Source: Salpingoeca rosetta
Lineage: Eukaryota > Protista > Choanoflagellata
Direction of reading: 5' to 3'
DNA length: 64,000 bases
Assembly: GCA_033442325.1 (NCBI GenBank)
Contig: JAWQFM010000008.1
Location: 1,051,194 to 1,115,193, forward strand
Position 1 is the stretch's first letter. Every line of letters begins with the position of its first letter. Positions 47,835 to 59,520 of the stretch are shown here, piece after piece. The position numbers were made by a program, and so were the translations under genes. Below the pieces are notes generated by a model that searched no databases, was not told the DNA's origin, and worked only from the letters and a program-made list of their open reading frames with translations.

Positions 47835-49946
47835 ATGGCTGAGAACAAGACTGCAGCTGCACTGAAGGACCTGGACGCCGACATGCCCGAGTGGCAGTGC
47901 CCGAGCTTTGACGAGCTGATGGTGCACGCGTGCGAGAACATGCCTGTGGAGGCGGCGACGTGGTTCGTGGAGTCCCTGGCCCCATACCGCGACGCTCTCA
48001 CGCAAGGCGAGGGCACCAAGCGCATCACCATGAAGGCGTTCAACGACATCCTCAAGGGCTTCTTCATGCTGCTGCCCGTGCCCAACTTCCACCAGTTTGG
48101 CTTCTTCACCATGCTGCAGCCGGCTTCGTTCCAGGAGAGCAAGGACGCCGCTGCGAAAGCCTGTGGGCCGTGGTCGCCCATGGTGTGGCGTGCCGCCACC
48201 CTGGTGTGCGGCATACGCGAGATGAAGCGCAAGGCCCTCACCAACACCCTGCCGGACGAGGTGCTGGCCGGCCACAGGCAGACAAAGCAGCCCCTCGTGG
48301 AGATGTGGACCATGCGCCGTGCCCGCGGCAGCGCGGACGGCAAGGAGCACATGGTGGAGAAGAGCGCCACCGCCGCTGGTGGTCGCTCGTGCCCCGACGA
48401 CCTTGTGCTTGCCGTGACGTGCGGCACGGCCGTGTACGTGGTTCGCGTGCCCGCGGACGGCACTGCGGACGACGTGGCCGCCGATCTCACCCACATTGTA
48501 CAAGCAGAAGAAGAGGAGGCCCAGCAGCCCGGCCAAGGCAGGGAAGCCGCCAACGACGCGCAGCAGCAGCAGCAGCTTGGGTTCTGCCAGCTGACGTATG
48601 TGCTGCGGCCGGACCTCATGACGGCGCTGGGCAGCGACGACACGTGGCACGCCATCTGGGACGAGGTGCAGAACGCAGATTTTGCCGTCGCCCTGTTCCC
48701 TCGCGCGGATAGCGTGGCCCTGTGCCCAGAGGATCCCGTGCACGGCGCAATGGCGTTCCTGCGACCAGGCAATGAGGGCGGCACCGTCGGCGACAAGAAC
48801 ACGCTGTGTGTGCTCGGTGACGGCGCTGCGACGTACATCTGGGACCATGTGCTCATGGATGGCGCCCCTGGCATCTTTTTCGCATCGCACGTGTACCAGC
48901 ACGCAGACAAGCTCGCGTCCTCCCTCTCCTCATCCTCATCGCCATCGACGTCGACGACGACACCGACGACGACGGCAGGGGACCTGCGCCGCATTGCGCC
49001 ACCGGCAGGCACGCGCTTTGACGACTGGAGCGATGAGGTGCGCAGCGCGATGCAGGCGGGTATGGAACTCAGCCTGGAGCGCACAAGGCCGGAGACGACG
49101 TTTGGCACGCGGCACATTGTGTCCGACGCCTTTGGGCGGGATGCAGCTCGGGCAAAGGGCCTCTCTGTCGACGCGCTGTTCCAGGCCACGCTGCAGCTTG
49201 CGCTCGCCGACCTGGCCATCCCCGAGCTGCATGAGGTGACGGAGGTGGTGAGCACGCGGCACTTCCGCTACGGCCGTACAACCAACATGACTGGTAACTC
49301 CGCCCTCATGGACGCATTTGTGGCCGCAGCCAGGGACGCCCTGTACGCTGATGGTGGCGATGGTGATGATGGTGATGTGAAGGAAAGGCAGGAAGGAGGT
49401 GATAACAGCGACAACGGCGGCGGCAACAGCGATGCAGCTGGAGAGGAGAGGAAGCAGCTGCTGCTGCTCACAAAGGCTGCCCTGCTGCTTCGCGGCGCCG
49501 TGCACGTGCACAAGGAGCGAATCAAGGCGCACAAGCGGTGCCCGCCCGTGTTTGCCAACATGCTCATGGGCTTTGGCGAACAGGCGCAGCGCGAGCAGGA
49601 TGCAAGGGCCACCTCGTCCACGGAGCCGTTTGACCTTTCACAGCGCTGCCTGGACTACTTCATGCAGATTGCGTCATCTGAGCGCCCGCGCGCGTCCCGC
49701 TGCCTGATGATGGACAGCATCACCATCTCCAACGGCTCCGACATGCCTGGCGTCGCCGTGTTTGGCGTGACCCCGTCTGCCCCGCTCGTCCTGGGCTACA
49801 TCATGCGCGCCGATGGCGTGGAGATTGATGCTATATCGAGGTGTGCAGACCTGAAGACGCCACGTGGTGTTCCCTTGCTCGATGCGCTTCCACGCGCATT
49901 CCACCGCGCCGCCCGCGCCGTCGCCGACCTCCTCAAGCTGCTGTAG
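47835..49946 (+). CDS. Divergent choline/carnitine acyltransferase-family protein (intronless, 703 aa)
   Basis: Catalytic His motif WDHVLMDG (cf. EHxxxDG); GLSVDALFQATLQLA (cf. SPDAFIQxALQLA); EVTEVVSTRHFRYGRT (cf. TYESASTRxFxxGRT); C-terminal VFGVTPSAPLVLGYIM (cf. GFGPVVPDGYGxxY). Strong GC3 codon bias. Confidence 0.78.
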   Translation: MAENKTAAALKDLDADMPEWQCPSFDELMVHACENMPVEAATWFVESLAPYRDALTQGEGTKRITMKAFNDILKGFFMLLPVPNFHQFGFFTMLQPASFQESKDAAAKACGPWSPMVWRAATLVCGIREMKRKALTNTLPDEVLAGHRQTKQPLVEMWTMRRARGSADGKEHMVEKSATAAGGRSCPDDLVLAVTCGTAVYVVRVPADGTADDVAADLTHIVQAEEEEAQQPGQGREAANDAQQQQQLGFCQLTYVLRPDLMTALGSDDTWHAIWDEVQNADFAVALFPRADSVALCPEDPVHGAMAFLRPGNEGGTVGDKNTLCVLGDGAATYIWDHVLMDGAPGIFFASHVYQHADKLASSLSSSSSPSTSTTTPTTTAGDLRRIAPPAGTRFDDWSDEVRSAMQAGMELSLERTRPETTFGTRHIVSDAFGRDAARAKGLSVDALFQATLQLALADLAIPELHEVTEVVSTRHFRYGRTTNMTGNSALMDAFVAAARDALYADGGDGDDGDVKERQEGGDNSDNGGGNSDAAGEERKQLLLLTKAALLLRGAVHVHKERIKAHKRCPPVFANMLMGFGEQAQREQDARATSSTEPFDLSQRCLDYFMQIASSERPRASRCLMMDSITISNGSDMPGVAVFGVTPSAPLVLGYIMRADGVEIDAISRCADLKTPRGVPLLDALPRAFHRAARAVADLLKLL

Positions 49947-50446
49947 GCGTGCGTGTAGTTGTATGTTTGCAGCTGTGTGTTTGCGTGTGTGTGTGTTTGT
50001 ATGTTTGCAGCTGTGTGTGGGTGTGTGTTCGTGCGCGTGTGCTTGCAGCTGCGTTTGCTTGCAGCTGTGTCAGCGGGCACGTGTTACAACTTTCATCCGC
50101 TTTGCATGTGTCTGTCCGCACGTTTGTGTTCCTTCGTCGTTGCCCTTCTTAACTCGCGTTCCTTCTTCCTGTTCGTGGCCCCTGTTACGCGCCATCGCTA
50201 AGCTCTCGTAGCTTGCTTGAGTTTGTTGTGCTTTTGTGTGTGTGTGTGTGTGTGCGTGCGTGCGTGCGTGTGTCGGTTACTTTCCTCTGCTTTTACGTGC
50301 ATGTTTGCTCGCTCGTTCGCTTGCCTTGCAGGGGTGCTGTTTGAATGAAACCATCGTGTACTTTGAATATCTGACTGGTGGTAACGAAAGGGCGCGCGCA
50401 CACGCAAAGCCAATGTGCTGTGCTGCGCAAGTGGGGAACAGGAGAC

Positions 50447-50510
50447 GGTGGAACGCAGTGTGGAACGTAGTGTGGAACGCAGTGTGGGACGCAGTGTGGG
50501 ACGCAGTGTG
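50447..50510. repeat. 12-bp tandem repeat GTGTGG[A/G]ACG[C/T]A, about 5 copies, intergenic/3' UTR
   Basis: Directly visible tandem units. Confidence 0.8.
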
Positions 50511-50627
50511 AGGTGACATGAAAAGACAGAAAGAGGGGAGTTGGTTAAAACGCGGGGAACAAGAAAGCGAGGGTCGCTTGAGGGGTTGAATAAACTCGGA
50601 GACGGTGAGAGGAGGCGATGGGAAGGT

Positions 50628-50704
<77 letters not shown>

Positions 50705-50740
50705 AACACACACACACACACACACACACAAACGACAAGC

Positions 50741-52553
50741 TCAATCATCGGGCAACGGTGCAGCCATGATGCAGGCCAGCGCAGTGGAGCCGTCGTCGGT
50801 AGGGCTCGGGGGCCGGAGATGGGGATCATCCAGAAGGTCAGACGAATCCTCTGCTCCTTCATAGTACAACGTACCAAGGTCCAGGAGTGATGTGTCCTGC
50901 TCGGGGTGGGTGCAGTCTTGGAAACACGGGTCGGGAGCGTCGTCATCGAGGGTGGTGGTGGTGGTGGTGGTGCTGGTGCTGGTGCTGGTGCTGGTGCTGG
51001 TGCTGGTGACAGCCGGTCCCTGTGGCGGGCTTGGGAGCGAGTTGTAGATGTCTTCAGCGCTCAAGGATACAAAGCGGCTGTCGAACGTCGGGTTCGATGT
51101 GCACTGCTCCATAAGCTTCATGGGCTCCGTGGTCTCCATGGTGTTGAACTCCAGCTGCAGGTCCTCGCTGGGCGTGGCACACAGGCTGCTGCTGGTGGTG
51201 GTGGTGGTGGTGGTGACCCAGTTGTCGGTGGCACCTTCGCTCGCGGCATTGAATGAGGAGGTGGGGAAGGGGTTGTCAAACATCGAAAACGGCGTGCACT
51301 GCTCCGTGGTGTCGAACTCCAGCTGCAGGTCCTCGCTGGGCGTGGCACACAGGCTGCTGCTGGTGGTGGTGGTGGTGGTGGTGACCCAGTTGTCGGTGGC
51401 ACCTTCGCTCGCGGCATTGAATGAGGAGGTGGGGAAGGGGTTGTCAAACATCGAAAACGGCGTGCACTGCTCCGTGGTCTCCGTGGCCTCCGCGGTCTCC
51501 GTGGTGTCGAATTCCAGCTGCAGGTCCTCGCTGGGCGTGGCACACAGGCTGTTGGTGGTGGTGGTGGTGTTGAAAGCCGGTCCATGTGAGTTGTTGATGC
51601 CGTCAGCGCTCAAGGACATGGCGAGGGAGGCATCGTCACACGTCGGAAACGGCGTGTACTGCTCCGTGGTCTCCGTGGCCTCCGCGGTCTCCGTGGTATC
51701 CATGGTGTCCGTGGTGTCGCACGCTGGCTGTAGGTCGTCGGTGGGTCTCGATGGGATAGCTTGGAAGTGGGCAGGAACTGCAGCATCCTGCTCAAGCTGC
51801 TGCGTGTCATGGCGTTGTGTTGGACCTTGACGACGTTGCTCTTCGGCCATCAAACGCAAAAAGTCTTCTGGAGCATGGCCGCCAAGGTAGAGGTTGGTGC
51901 TTCGTTTCGCGCGTAACAGGAACACCCTCATGCCCTTGTCGCTTGCGTTTGCGCGCTGCAAGGCCTTGAGCGGAAGCAACAGCAGCTCTTGGCGAACCTG
52001 GTAGGCAGAGCAGACAGAAAAGAGGAGACATGAATGGCACACGCGACAAACAAGAAGGTACGCAAGAAGAAACGATTGTGAACGGAAGGCGGTGGGGAAT
52101 CTGCAAAGGATCAAACCGACTGGCAGGCGCATCCAAGCACCAGACCAATACACATCTGCACTAGCACACACACACGCACATGCGCGCGCACATACTCCCC
52201 GTTTCTCTCTCGCCCTCTCTGTCTCACGCACACACCTTTGGGCGCTTGTGGTTCAACGAGAAGGCCACAGCGCGACCATCCAGCGTCAGTGTGACATCGA
52301 CGGTTTTGTTGCGCCACTGAGTGCCCAGGGTGGTGTGATAAAGGTGCATCTTCTTCCACGCTCCCGGCTCGATGGTCTCGCTTGTTTGGAACAGGACTGG
52401 GCCTTTTTTGTCACTCAAAGTTAGCGTTGCTGTCACTCGCTGCGCACCAAGTTGCGATGAGACTTTGACCTCCGCGGTCATATCACGACCACGGCAGGAT
52501 CTGCCGCGCTGCGTGTAAACGCTTGATATGTTGGCCTCGGCTTCACATTCCAT
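50741..52553 (-). CDS. Orphan two-exon protein: compact basic N-terminal domain plus acidic Thr/Ser-rich tail with 56-aa internal repeats
   Basis: Exon 1 is MECEAEANISS...FSLNHKRPK, ending at a GT donor (~52235). After an acceptor at ~51998 the frame continues VRQELLLLPLKALQ... to the stop at 50741. No recognisable family motif. Confidence 0.65.
51146..51479. repeat. Two essentially identical 168-bp (56-codon) coding repeats, with degenerate copies on either side
   Basis: TTEQCTPFSMFDNPFPTSSFNAASEGATDNWVTTTTTTTSSSLCATPSEDLQLEF occurs twice with a 168-nt period (aactccagctgcagg at 51147 and 51315). Confidence 0.92.
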
Positions 52554-53000
52554 CCCTCCTGCCGTGGGTGTTCTTCTTTCCCTGTTGAGGTGTGGGCTTG
52601 TCTACGGCAATTGCTGTTGCTTGTGCTGGTCGGTTGTGGTGTTTGTGGTGGTGTTTTCGGTGGTGGTGGTTGTGCCTTGGGGAAAATGAACACTGGCATT
52701 GGTTGCACTGAGGTAGTTGACTGCTGCGACGAGAATCCAAACCTGCAGTTGAGGTTAACTTTTTCGGGACCCTGCGGACAAAGTGACTCCCGACATTGTC
52801 GGGAACCCACTGTGAACATGCTCAAACATGTTCTCGCTACACGCGCGCCACGACCACTGCTACACTGCACACAACACAAGAAGAAGAAGAAATGTGTGTC
52901 AGACGCGAGCAGCGGTGCGGGCAGAAGACACCACTGATGTCACCACTGACTCAGCACTTTTTGCCAACTGCTTGCTGTTTTGCAACAAAAGCCACCAACG

Positions 53001-54455
53001 ATGATGAAGGACACCAATCAGCCAGACGAAGACAACAACCATGCCGAACACCCACCACCACAACCGGATCAACGACATGATGATGATGATGATGATGATG
53101 ATCGGGTGTATGCGGCTGGCCCCTTGAGGCCTGGATTTGATGGCGCGCCCGCTAAACCCAGCGTGCAGCTGTGGGGCTGGTCCACCCGCGCGGCATCGGA
53201 CGACGCGAGCGTGTGCTTCCCGTTGCCGATGGCGCTCACAGCGGGCTTGCTGGTGACGGCATGCTTGCTTGTGCTGGCGCTGGAGCAGGACGCCTGCGAC
53301 GCCACGCCTTTGGTCCTTGGGTTTGCCGTGGCGTGGATCAGCGTTTGCGCCCTGGCCTTTGTCCTTGAAGTCGTCAGGACGGCATGCAGCTGCCGCGGCA
53401 CCATCTCCGACAACGCGCCGCGCATCACGCCCGTGCGTGCGCTGCTCGGCGCATCCATCATCGTCGGCATCATCCAGCTCGCCGTCATGGTGTATGGAGC
53501 GGTGTTGTACTTTGCAGACGAGCTGCAGTGTGACCAGCAAACGCAGGAGTGGAACAACCGCGCCAACCTCGAGGCCATTGCCATCCTGGCTTGCATCTTG
53601 CTCGTGGTGAGTGCGATCGTTGATGTACATGAGTGTACGCACATGTTTGCTGAAACGAGGGAGAGGACATGGGACCGAAACAAACAACCATAAAGCGTGG
53701 TTGTGTGTGTGTGTGTGTGTGTGCGTGTGTGTATGTGCGTATGTGTGGACGTGTGATTGAGAGAGTGTGTGCGTGCGTGTGTGTGTGTGTGTGTGGACGT
53801 GTGGACTTGTGGACGTGTGATCGAGAGAGAGAAAGAGAGTGTGTGTGTGTGTGGACGTGTGGACGTGTGGACTTGTGGACGTGTGATTGAGAGAGCGTGT
53901 GTGCATGTGTACGGGGTCGATCTTCATGTGATGGTGCTCCCCTCTTGACTGTTCTTCTCTCTAATGTAAGTTTGCATGTGCTTGAACATAACCACGCCCG
54001 CCCCGCCCGTCCCTCTTCTTGTAGATAAGGACGGTTCGGCTGTCGCTGCTGTTTCGCAACTGCTTCTGCTGCTGCAAGTGTTACACAGAGACAAGCTGGG
54101 CCAAGTACAGCAACCAGGTGAGCAAGCACCGCGCATTCTTCTCCCCCTCACCCTGCTGCGTCGTGGTTTGGTTTGGTTTGGTTTGGTGCGCCCACAGCAT
54201 CGCAGTCGTACACATGTACTCGTCGTCCTCCTTCTCACGCTGTGCATGACGTGCCAGGGCCAGCCCTCATATGGCACGCTGCCTGACCACCACAACACGG
54301 GGTGGGTGTCGTTCCTGCGCTGCCTCTGCTGCAGTCCACGTGTTCACCCAGATGGCGCAGACACCCAGCAGGACATCTGGCTCGAGCTGTCAGAAATCTT
54401 CACACAGGTGCGCCGCTGTGTTTGTCTGGTGGGGGGTATGTGTGTGTCTGTTTGT

Positions 54456-54491
<36 letters not shown>

Positions 54492-55182
54492 CTGTGTCTG
54501 TGTGTGTTTCGTTGTGTCTGTCTATGTGTTTGTGTCTGGGTGTGAGGCAAATCCTTTCGTGCGTACACGTGTCGTTGCGTGATTTCCGCTTGTTGAAGTG
54601 CTCACCCTGCTTGAAACCGCTCACAAACCTGTCTACGGCACATCGCATGACTTTCCTCTGCGCCAGATCTTCGGTGACGAGGAGTACACGTGGACAGACC
54701 TGTTGACAGCACTGCGTCTCGTGCACAAGAGCCACCAGTACTTGAGGTCAGCTGCACCTGTCCCTGCGCGTCCTTCATGCGTCTTGCTTCCTTCAGCGTA
54801 CACACATCTGCACCAACACACGCACAAGTTGCACAAACACACAACTCACATGCAGTTTTCTCTCAGGCTCATCCTCACACGCACACACATGCACACACAC
54901 ACTAACACACACACGCACACACACACTAACACACACACACAAACGCACGCACCTTCACACACATTTGCTGCAGGGCGCACAACGAGGCGCGAACGGGCCG
55001 GCGAGCCGGCAGTCGGCTGTGTGTGGAGGACCACATCCAGCCCCTGCATGGCGCCGCAGACGCAGCGGTCGTCACAGAGGCAGCGCACGTGCTCACGTTT
55101 GCATATGCCATCTTCTCCTGGCCAATCGAATGCTACACCAAGGGGCCCTGCGCAGCCGGCAAAGACATGTGTGGTGCGTCCG

Positions 55183-55241
<59 letters not shown>

Positions 55242-57238
55242 TGTGTGTGTGTGTCTGTGTGTTTGTGTGTGTGTGTGTGTGCGTGTGTGTGTGTCTGCCT
55301 GTCTCCCTGTCTGCCTGTCTCCCTGTCTGCCTGTCTGCCTGTCTGTCTGCCTGCGTGTCTGCCTGTCTGTCTGCCTGCGTCTGTGTGACTGCAATTTTAA
55401 CCGTGTTGTGTGGGTAATTTGTTTACATTTGTTTACAATAACCCCCCCCCCCGACATGAGCATGGCAGCTCACCATGCGCGCACGCATGACTGTGCAGGC
55501 ATGTGTCTGCGCACGTCGTGTGCGGCCAATATGGAGGCCACGGGCGACTGCTGTCACGTCAACCGCCTCTCCATCCTCTCACAGGTGCGCACTTTCTTGG
55601 TGATACTTGTGTGTGAGTCCGATGTGGTAAAAGTTTGCGTGCTTGTGCGATGTGCGCGCAAAGATAGAAAGAGAGAGAGACGGTCTGAGTATTCCACGTG
55701 GCGTTCCAGTTGGTGTGCAATGTGTGCATGTCGGCAAGCATGTTGCATTGGCGTGCACGGGTGAGTGCAAATGCTCATCCTGCGTGCTGCTGTGCAGTGC
55801 AATGTCCGCGCTGAGGATGTGATCACACTCGATCTCCGCAGCAGCGTCTACGAACAGCCGTTTGCTGTCGTCCTTGACAGGCCAAACAAGGTCTGGTCAC
55901 GTGTGTTTGTCTGTCTGTGTGTGTATGTGCGTGTGAGAGAGCTTGTGTGTGCGGTATTCACCTGCACGTCGCTCATTGTGTTCCTTGTCGGCAACAGACC
56001 GTTTGCTGTTCTGCTCACGCTACACAACATCATCACCACCGCCCACGCCACACCCTTCCTCCCTCCCTCCCTCCTCCAGGCCGTCATTGTCGCTGTCCGC
56101 GGAACGTTTGGACTCGCAGACCTCGTCACCGATGGCCTTGGTACACACAGTCGGCACCAGTGTGTGTGTGTGTGTGTGTGTGTGCCTGTGTGTGTGCCTG
56201 TGTTGCACCTGTTCTCCGATCGTACTTGTCGTGTAACTGTGAGTTTCTTTCCTCTGTTTGCGCCATGGCAACGCATTTCCTCCCATCACACACACACGCA
56301 CACACTCACACACCCTTACACACGCCTGCATTTCCCCCCCCCCCTCCACCACCACCACCATGTCGCAGCGTCCCTGACGACGGTTGAGTTGGGCAATGGC
56401 ATGTCAACGCCTGTGCACCGCGGCATGCTGAGGGCTGCGCGCATCCTCATCCGCAAACTCATCGCCAACGGCGCGCTCGATAAGGCCGCAGACGCCGTTG
56501 CACACGACGTTCACAACTACGAGTGAGTCCCGCTGGTGTGTGCGTGTGTGCGTGTGTGCGTCTGCGTGCTTGCTTGTGTGTATGTGTGTGTGCGTGTGTG
56601 CGTGTGTGCGTGTGTGCGTGTGTGCGTGTGTGCGTGTTTGTGCGTGTTTGTGCGTGTGTGCGTGTGTGCGTGTGTGCGTGTTTGTGCGTGTTTGTGCGTT
56701 GAACTTGAAGGCGAATGCCCTTCCCTCATTGTTTCGCACTTTACGTGGACTGCACGTTGCAGGGTGATCACGACTGGCCATTCGCTTGGCGCGAGCCTCG
56801 CTTCCCTTCTCGCCATTCTCCTCCAATTTGAACCCCTCAGCGGCTTCAAGCGTACGTGTGCCTGCAAGCAGTGCATCACATTTCCACCGGCGTGCATGAT
56901 CTTCAAACTGCAGTGACACACGCACGTGCGCACATGCGTACATGCGCCCACGCACATACCCACAAACACCCACACACACACAACCGCACACCGATACTCG
57001 CCCATACACGCCCATACATGCCCATGTGCGTGCTTGCTGCGACTGCAGACGTGCGCTGCGTTGCGTTTTCGCCCGCGCCAATCGTTGATCTCCAGGTGGC
57101 GGAGTGGGCCAAGTCCTTCATCACAGCCGTCGTCCTCGGCCACGACATGGTGCGCGCATGTGTGTGTGTGTGTGTGTGTGAGTGTGTGTGTGTGTGTATG
57201 AGGAGTTGCGCGGCTCATCTTCGACTTTGGAGTGCATG

Positions 57239-57324
<86 letters not shown>

Positions 57325-58964
57325 CGCCCTTCCCCCTCACCGCCATTATATGCACTGCATCGTGTGCGTTCGTTAGGTTGCGCGGCTGCAGTTGTGGTCA
57401 ATCATGCGACTCAAGGCGGAGGTTGACTTTGCCCTTCGCAACAGCCGCGACAAGAAGGCAACCGTCTGTTTTGTACGTACCAAGCAACACAATATACACA
57501 CACTCTCTCTCGCAAACACACTCGCACACACTCGTAAACACCCTCGCAAACACACACACACAGGCTACCACTTTTGTGCTGTACTGTGCGTACTTCCACT
57601 GCAACTGTTGGCAGTGCTGCTTGTGCGCTCGTGTGTGCCCACGTACTCTGCGTTCCTGTTGTACGGTGTGTGTCCGCTTGCACCACCGCGCACATCGCTC
57701 ACATGGCATGCACCCGTTCGTGTACTTTGGGCAGTCTACTTGCGGTGTTGGACTCAAAGACAGGTTCGTTTGAAACACGCGCACATGCACACGCGCGCTT
57801 GCTTGATGGTCGTGCATCCTATCATGCCAGCTGCCGTGGTTGGGGCAAGAGTTGCTCTTTAATGCATGCTGTGTCGCGTACGCTGACGTGTTACACGTGT
57901 CCACGTGTGCGCGCAAAATGCCCGTCGATTGCTGTTCTTGTTGCGGTGATCATGGCTCGTTTGCAGATATTGGGAGGAACATGATATGGAGGCATATGTG
58001 CAGCAGCTCGACCTTCCACCGTGAGTGCCATCGACCTGTGCACTGATGCTCGTTCGCGCTGGTGCGCAGCTGCCTGCCTGAGACCTGACAGCCACCTGTA
58101 CACGTGTGTTTGTGCGTGTGTGTGTGTGTGCGTGTGTGTGTGTGGTGATTGATTGTCACTGGCAGACGGATCTACATCCCTGGAAGGATTCTGTACATCA
58201 TCAAGGACGACATTGTGCCAACGTCAGTGCACTTTGCCTGGTTACATGCGTGAGAGCGTGTATGTGAGTGGGAGAGTGTGTGTGAGCGTGGGAGAGAGTG
58301 TGTGAGCGTGGGAGAGAGAGTGTGTGTGTGTATTGAACCCCACGAAGATGTTGAGTGGGACTTATGAATTGATCCCCTCCAACACACACATTCACATTTG
58401 CACACACACTCACATATTCACACACACACCCGCATATTTACACACACTCGCATATTCACACATACTCACACATACTCACTCACACACACTCTCACACAAC
58501 ACCGCGCCCGTGCCAAATGTGAGCGGCTTTGCGTGTGCAGGTGCACGGGCCATCGCCGGTTGTTCAAACCGTACTGGGCAGATGCGCGCGCGTTTGATCG
58601 GATATGGCTCAGCGGCCGTATGGCCTGGGATCACTTTCCCCGCTCCCTCCGACACAGCGTTCTCGTACGTCAGCTGCACACGCACAATGTGTGTGTGTGT
58701 GTGTGTGTAGATTGGATGTGGTTGTGGTTGTTTGTGGGCGTACGCTTATCATGTCACTGCGACTACTTCCTCTTGTTCTTCTTCTTCTCCTCCTCCTTCG
58801 TTGTCATCTTTGCAGGCAATGCTGGAGCACGCAGCTGCAATGTCGGGCCAGGAGACGGTGACCACCGAGGCCGTCGTGGTCGATCTGGATGAGATGTACA
58901 CGCACACGCACACGAGCCAGCGGGAGAGTCAGCAGTTCCACAGCGTCACAGAGGCACTCCTCCC

Positions 58965-59060
<96 letters not shown>

Positions 59061-59145
59061 GCATGTTCTTCTCCACGATGATGACGAAGATGATGATGAT
59101 GCTGACACCAGTGGTGCCTGGTACACGACAACATCAGAGGCGTAG
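53001..59145 (+). CDS. DAGL: sn1-specific diacylglycerol lipase (DAGL alpha/beta family): four N-terminal TM helices + lipase class 3 domain
   Basis: Exon 1 encodes 4 hydrophobic helices and the DAGL-like [12 protein letters not shown]. Lipase exons: [55 protein letters not shown] (GxSxG Ser), [16 protein letters not shown] (Asp), [26 protein letters not shown] (His). A polyQ tail ends at the stop at 59145. Confidence 0.9.
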
Positions 59146-59520
59146 CACTGCGCGCGATGCTTCTCAGGTTGTAGGGACACGTGCTTGTTTATTTGGTTGG
59201 TTAGGTGCATTACAATCGCACTGGCGAAGCAACAGGTAGACGGACGGAGCCTCGAGCGTGGTGGCTTATGCGTGGCACAAGAACGTGGGGCACGAACAGC
59301 AGAGCGACAGGCATACGTGCATGAGAACAAATAAGGTGTGGTGGCTGATGACAAACGGGAACACAGCAAGCGATGAGATGAGGGGGGAGGGGGCACCGCA
59401 AATGAACACATCTTCGAGATAACACGCTCTTCAGATAAGACGCTCTTAGGCGAACACGAACGCACGCTGTGCACGCTGGGGGCTTTCATGCCAGGAGCAG
59501 CAGCCGCGTGAGACGATCAG

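Noticed and set aside
47780-49255. Long antisense ORFs (491 aa, 361 aa) overlapping the acyltransferase
   Set aside because: These are shadow ORFs expected from GC3-rich coding sequence. The family motifs are on the + strand only.
52980-53693. Stand-alone 237-aa four-TM protein
   Set aside because: A consensus GTGAGT donor near 53608 and downstream lipase exons indicate that it is exon 1 of the DAGL gene.
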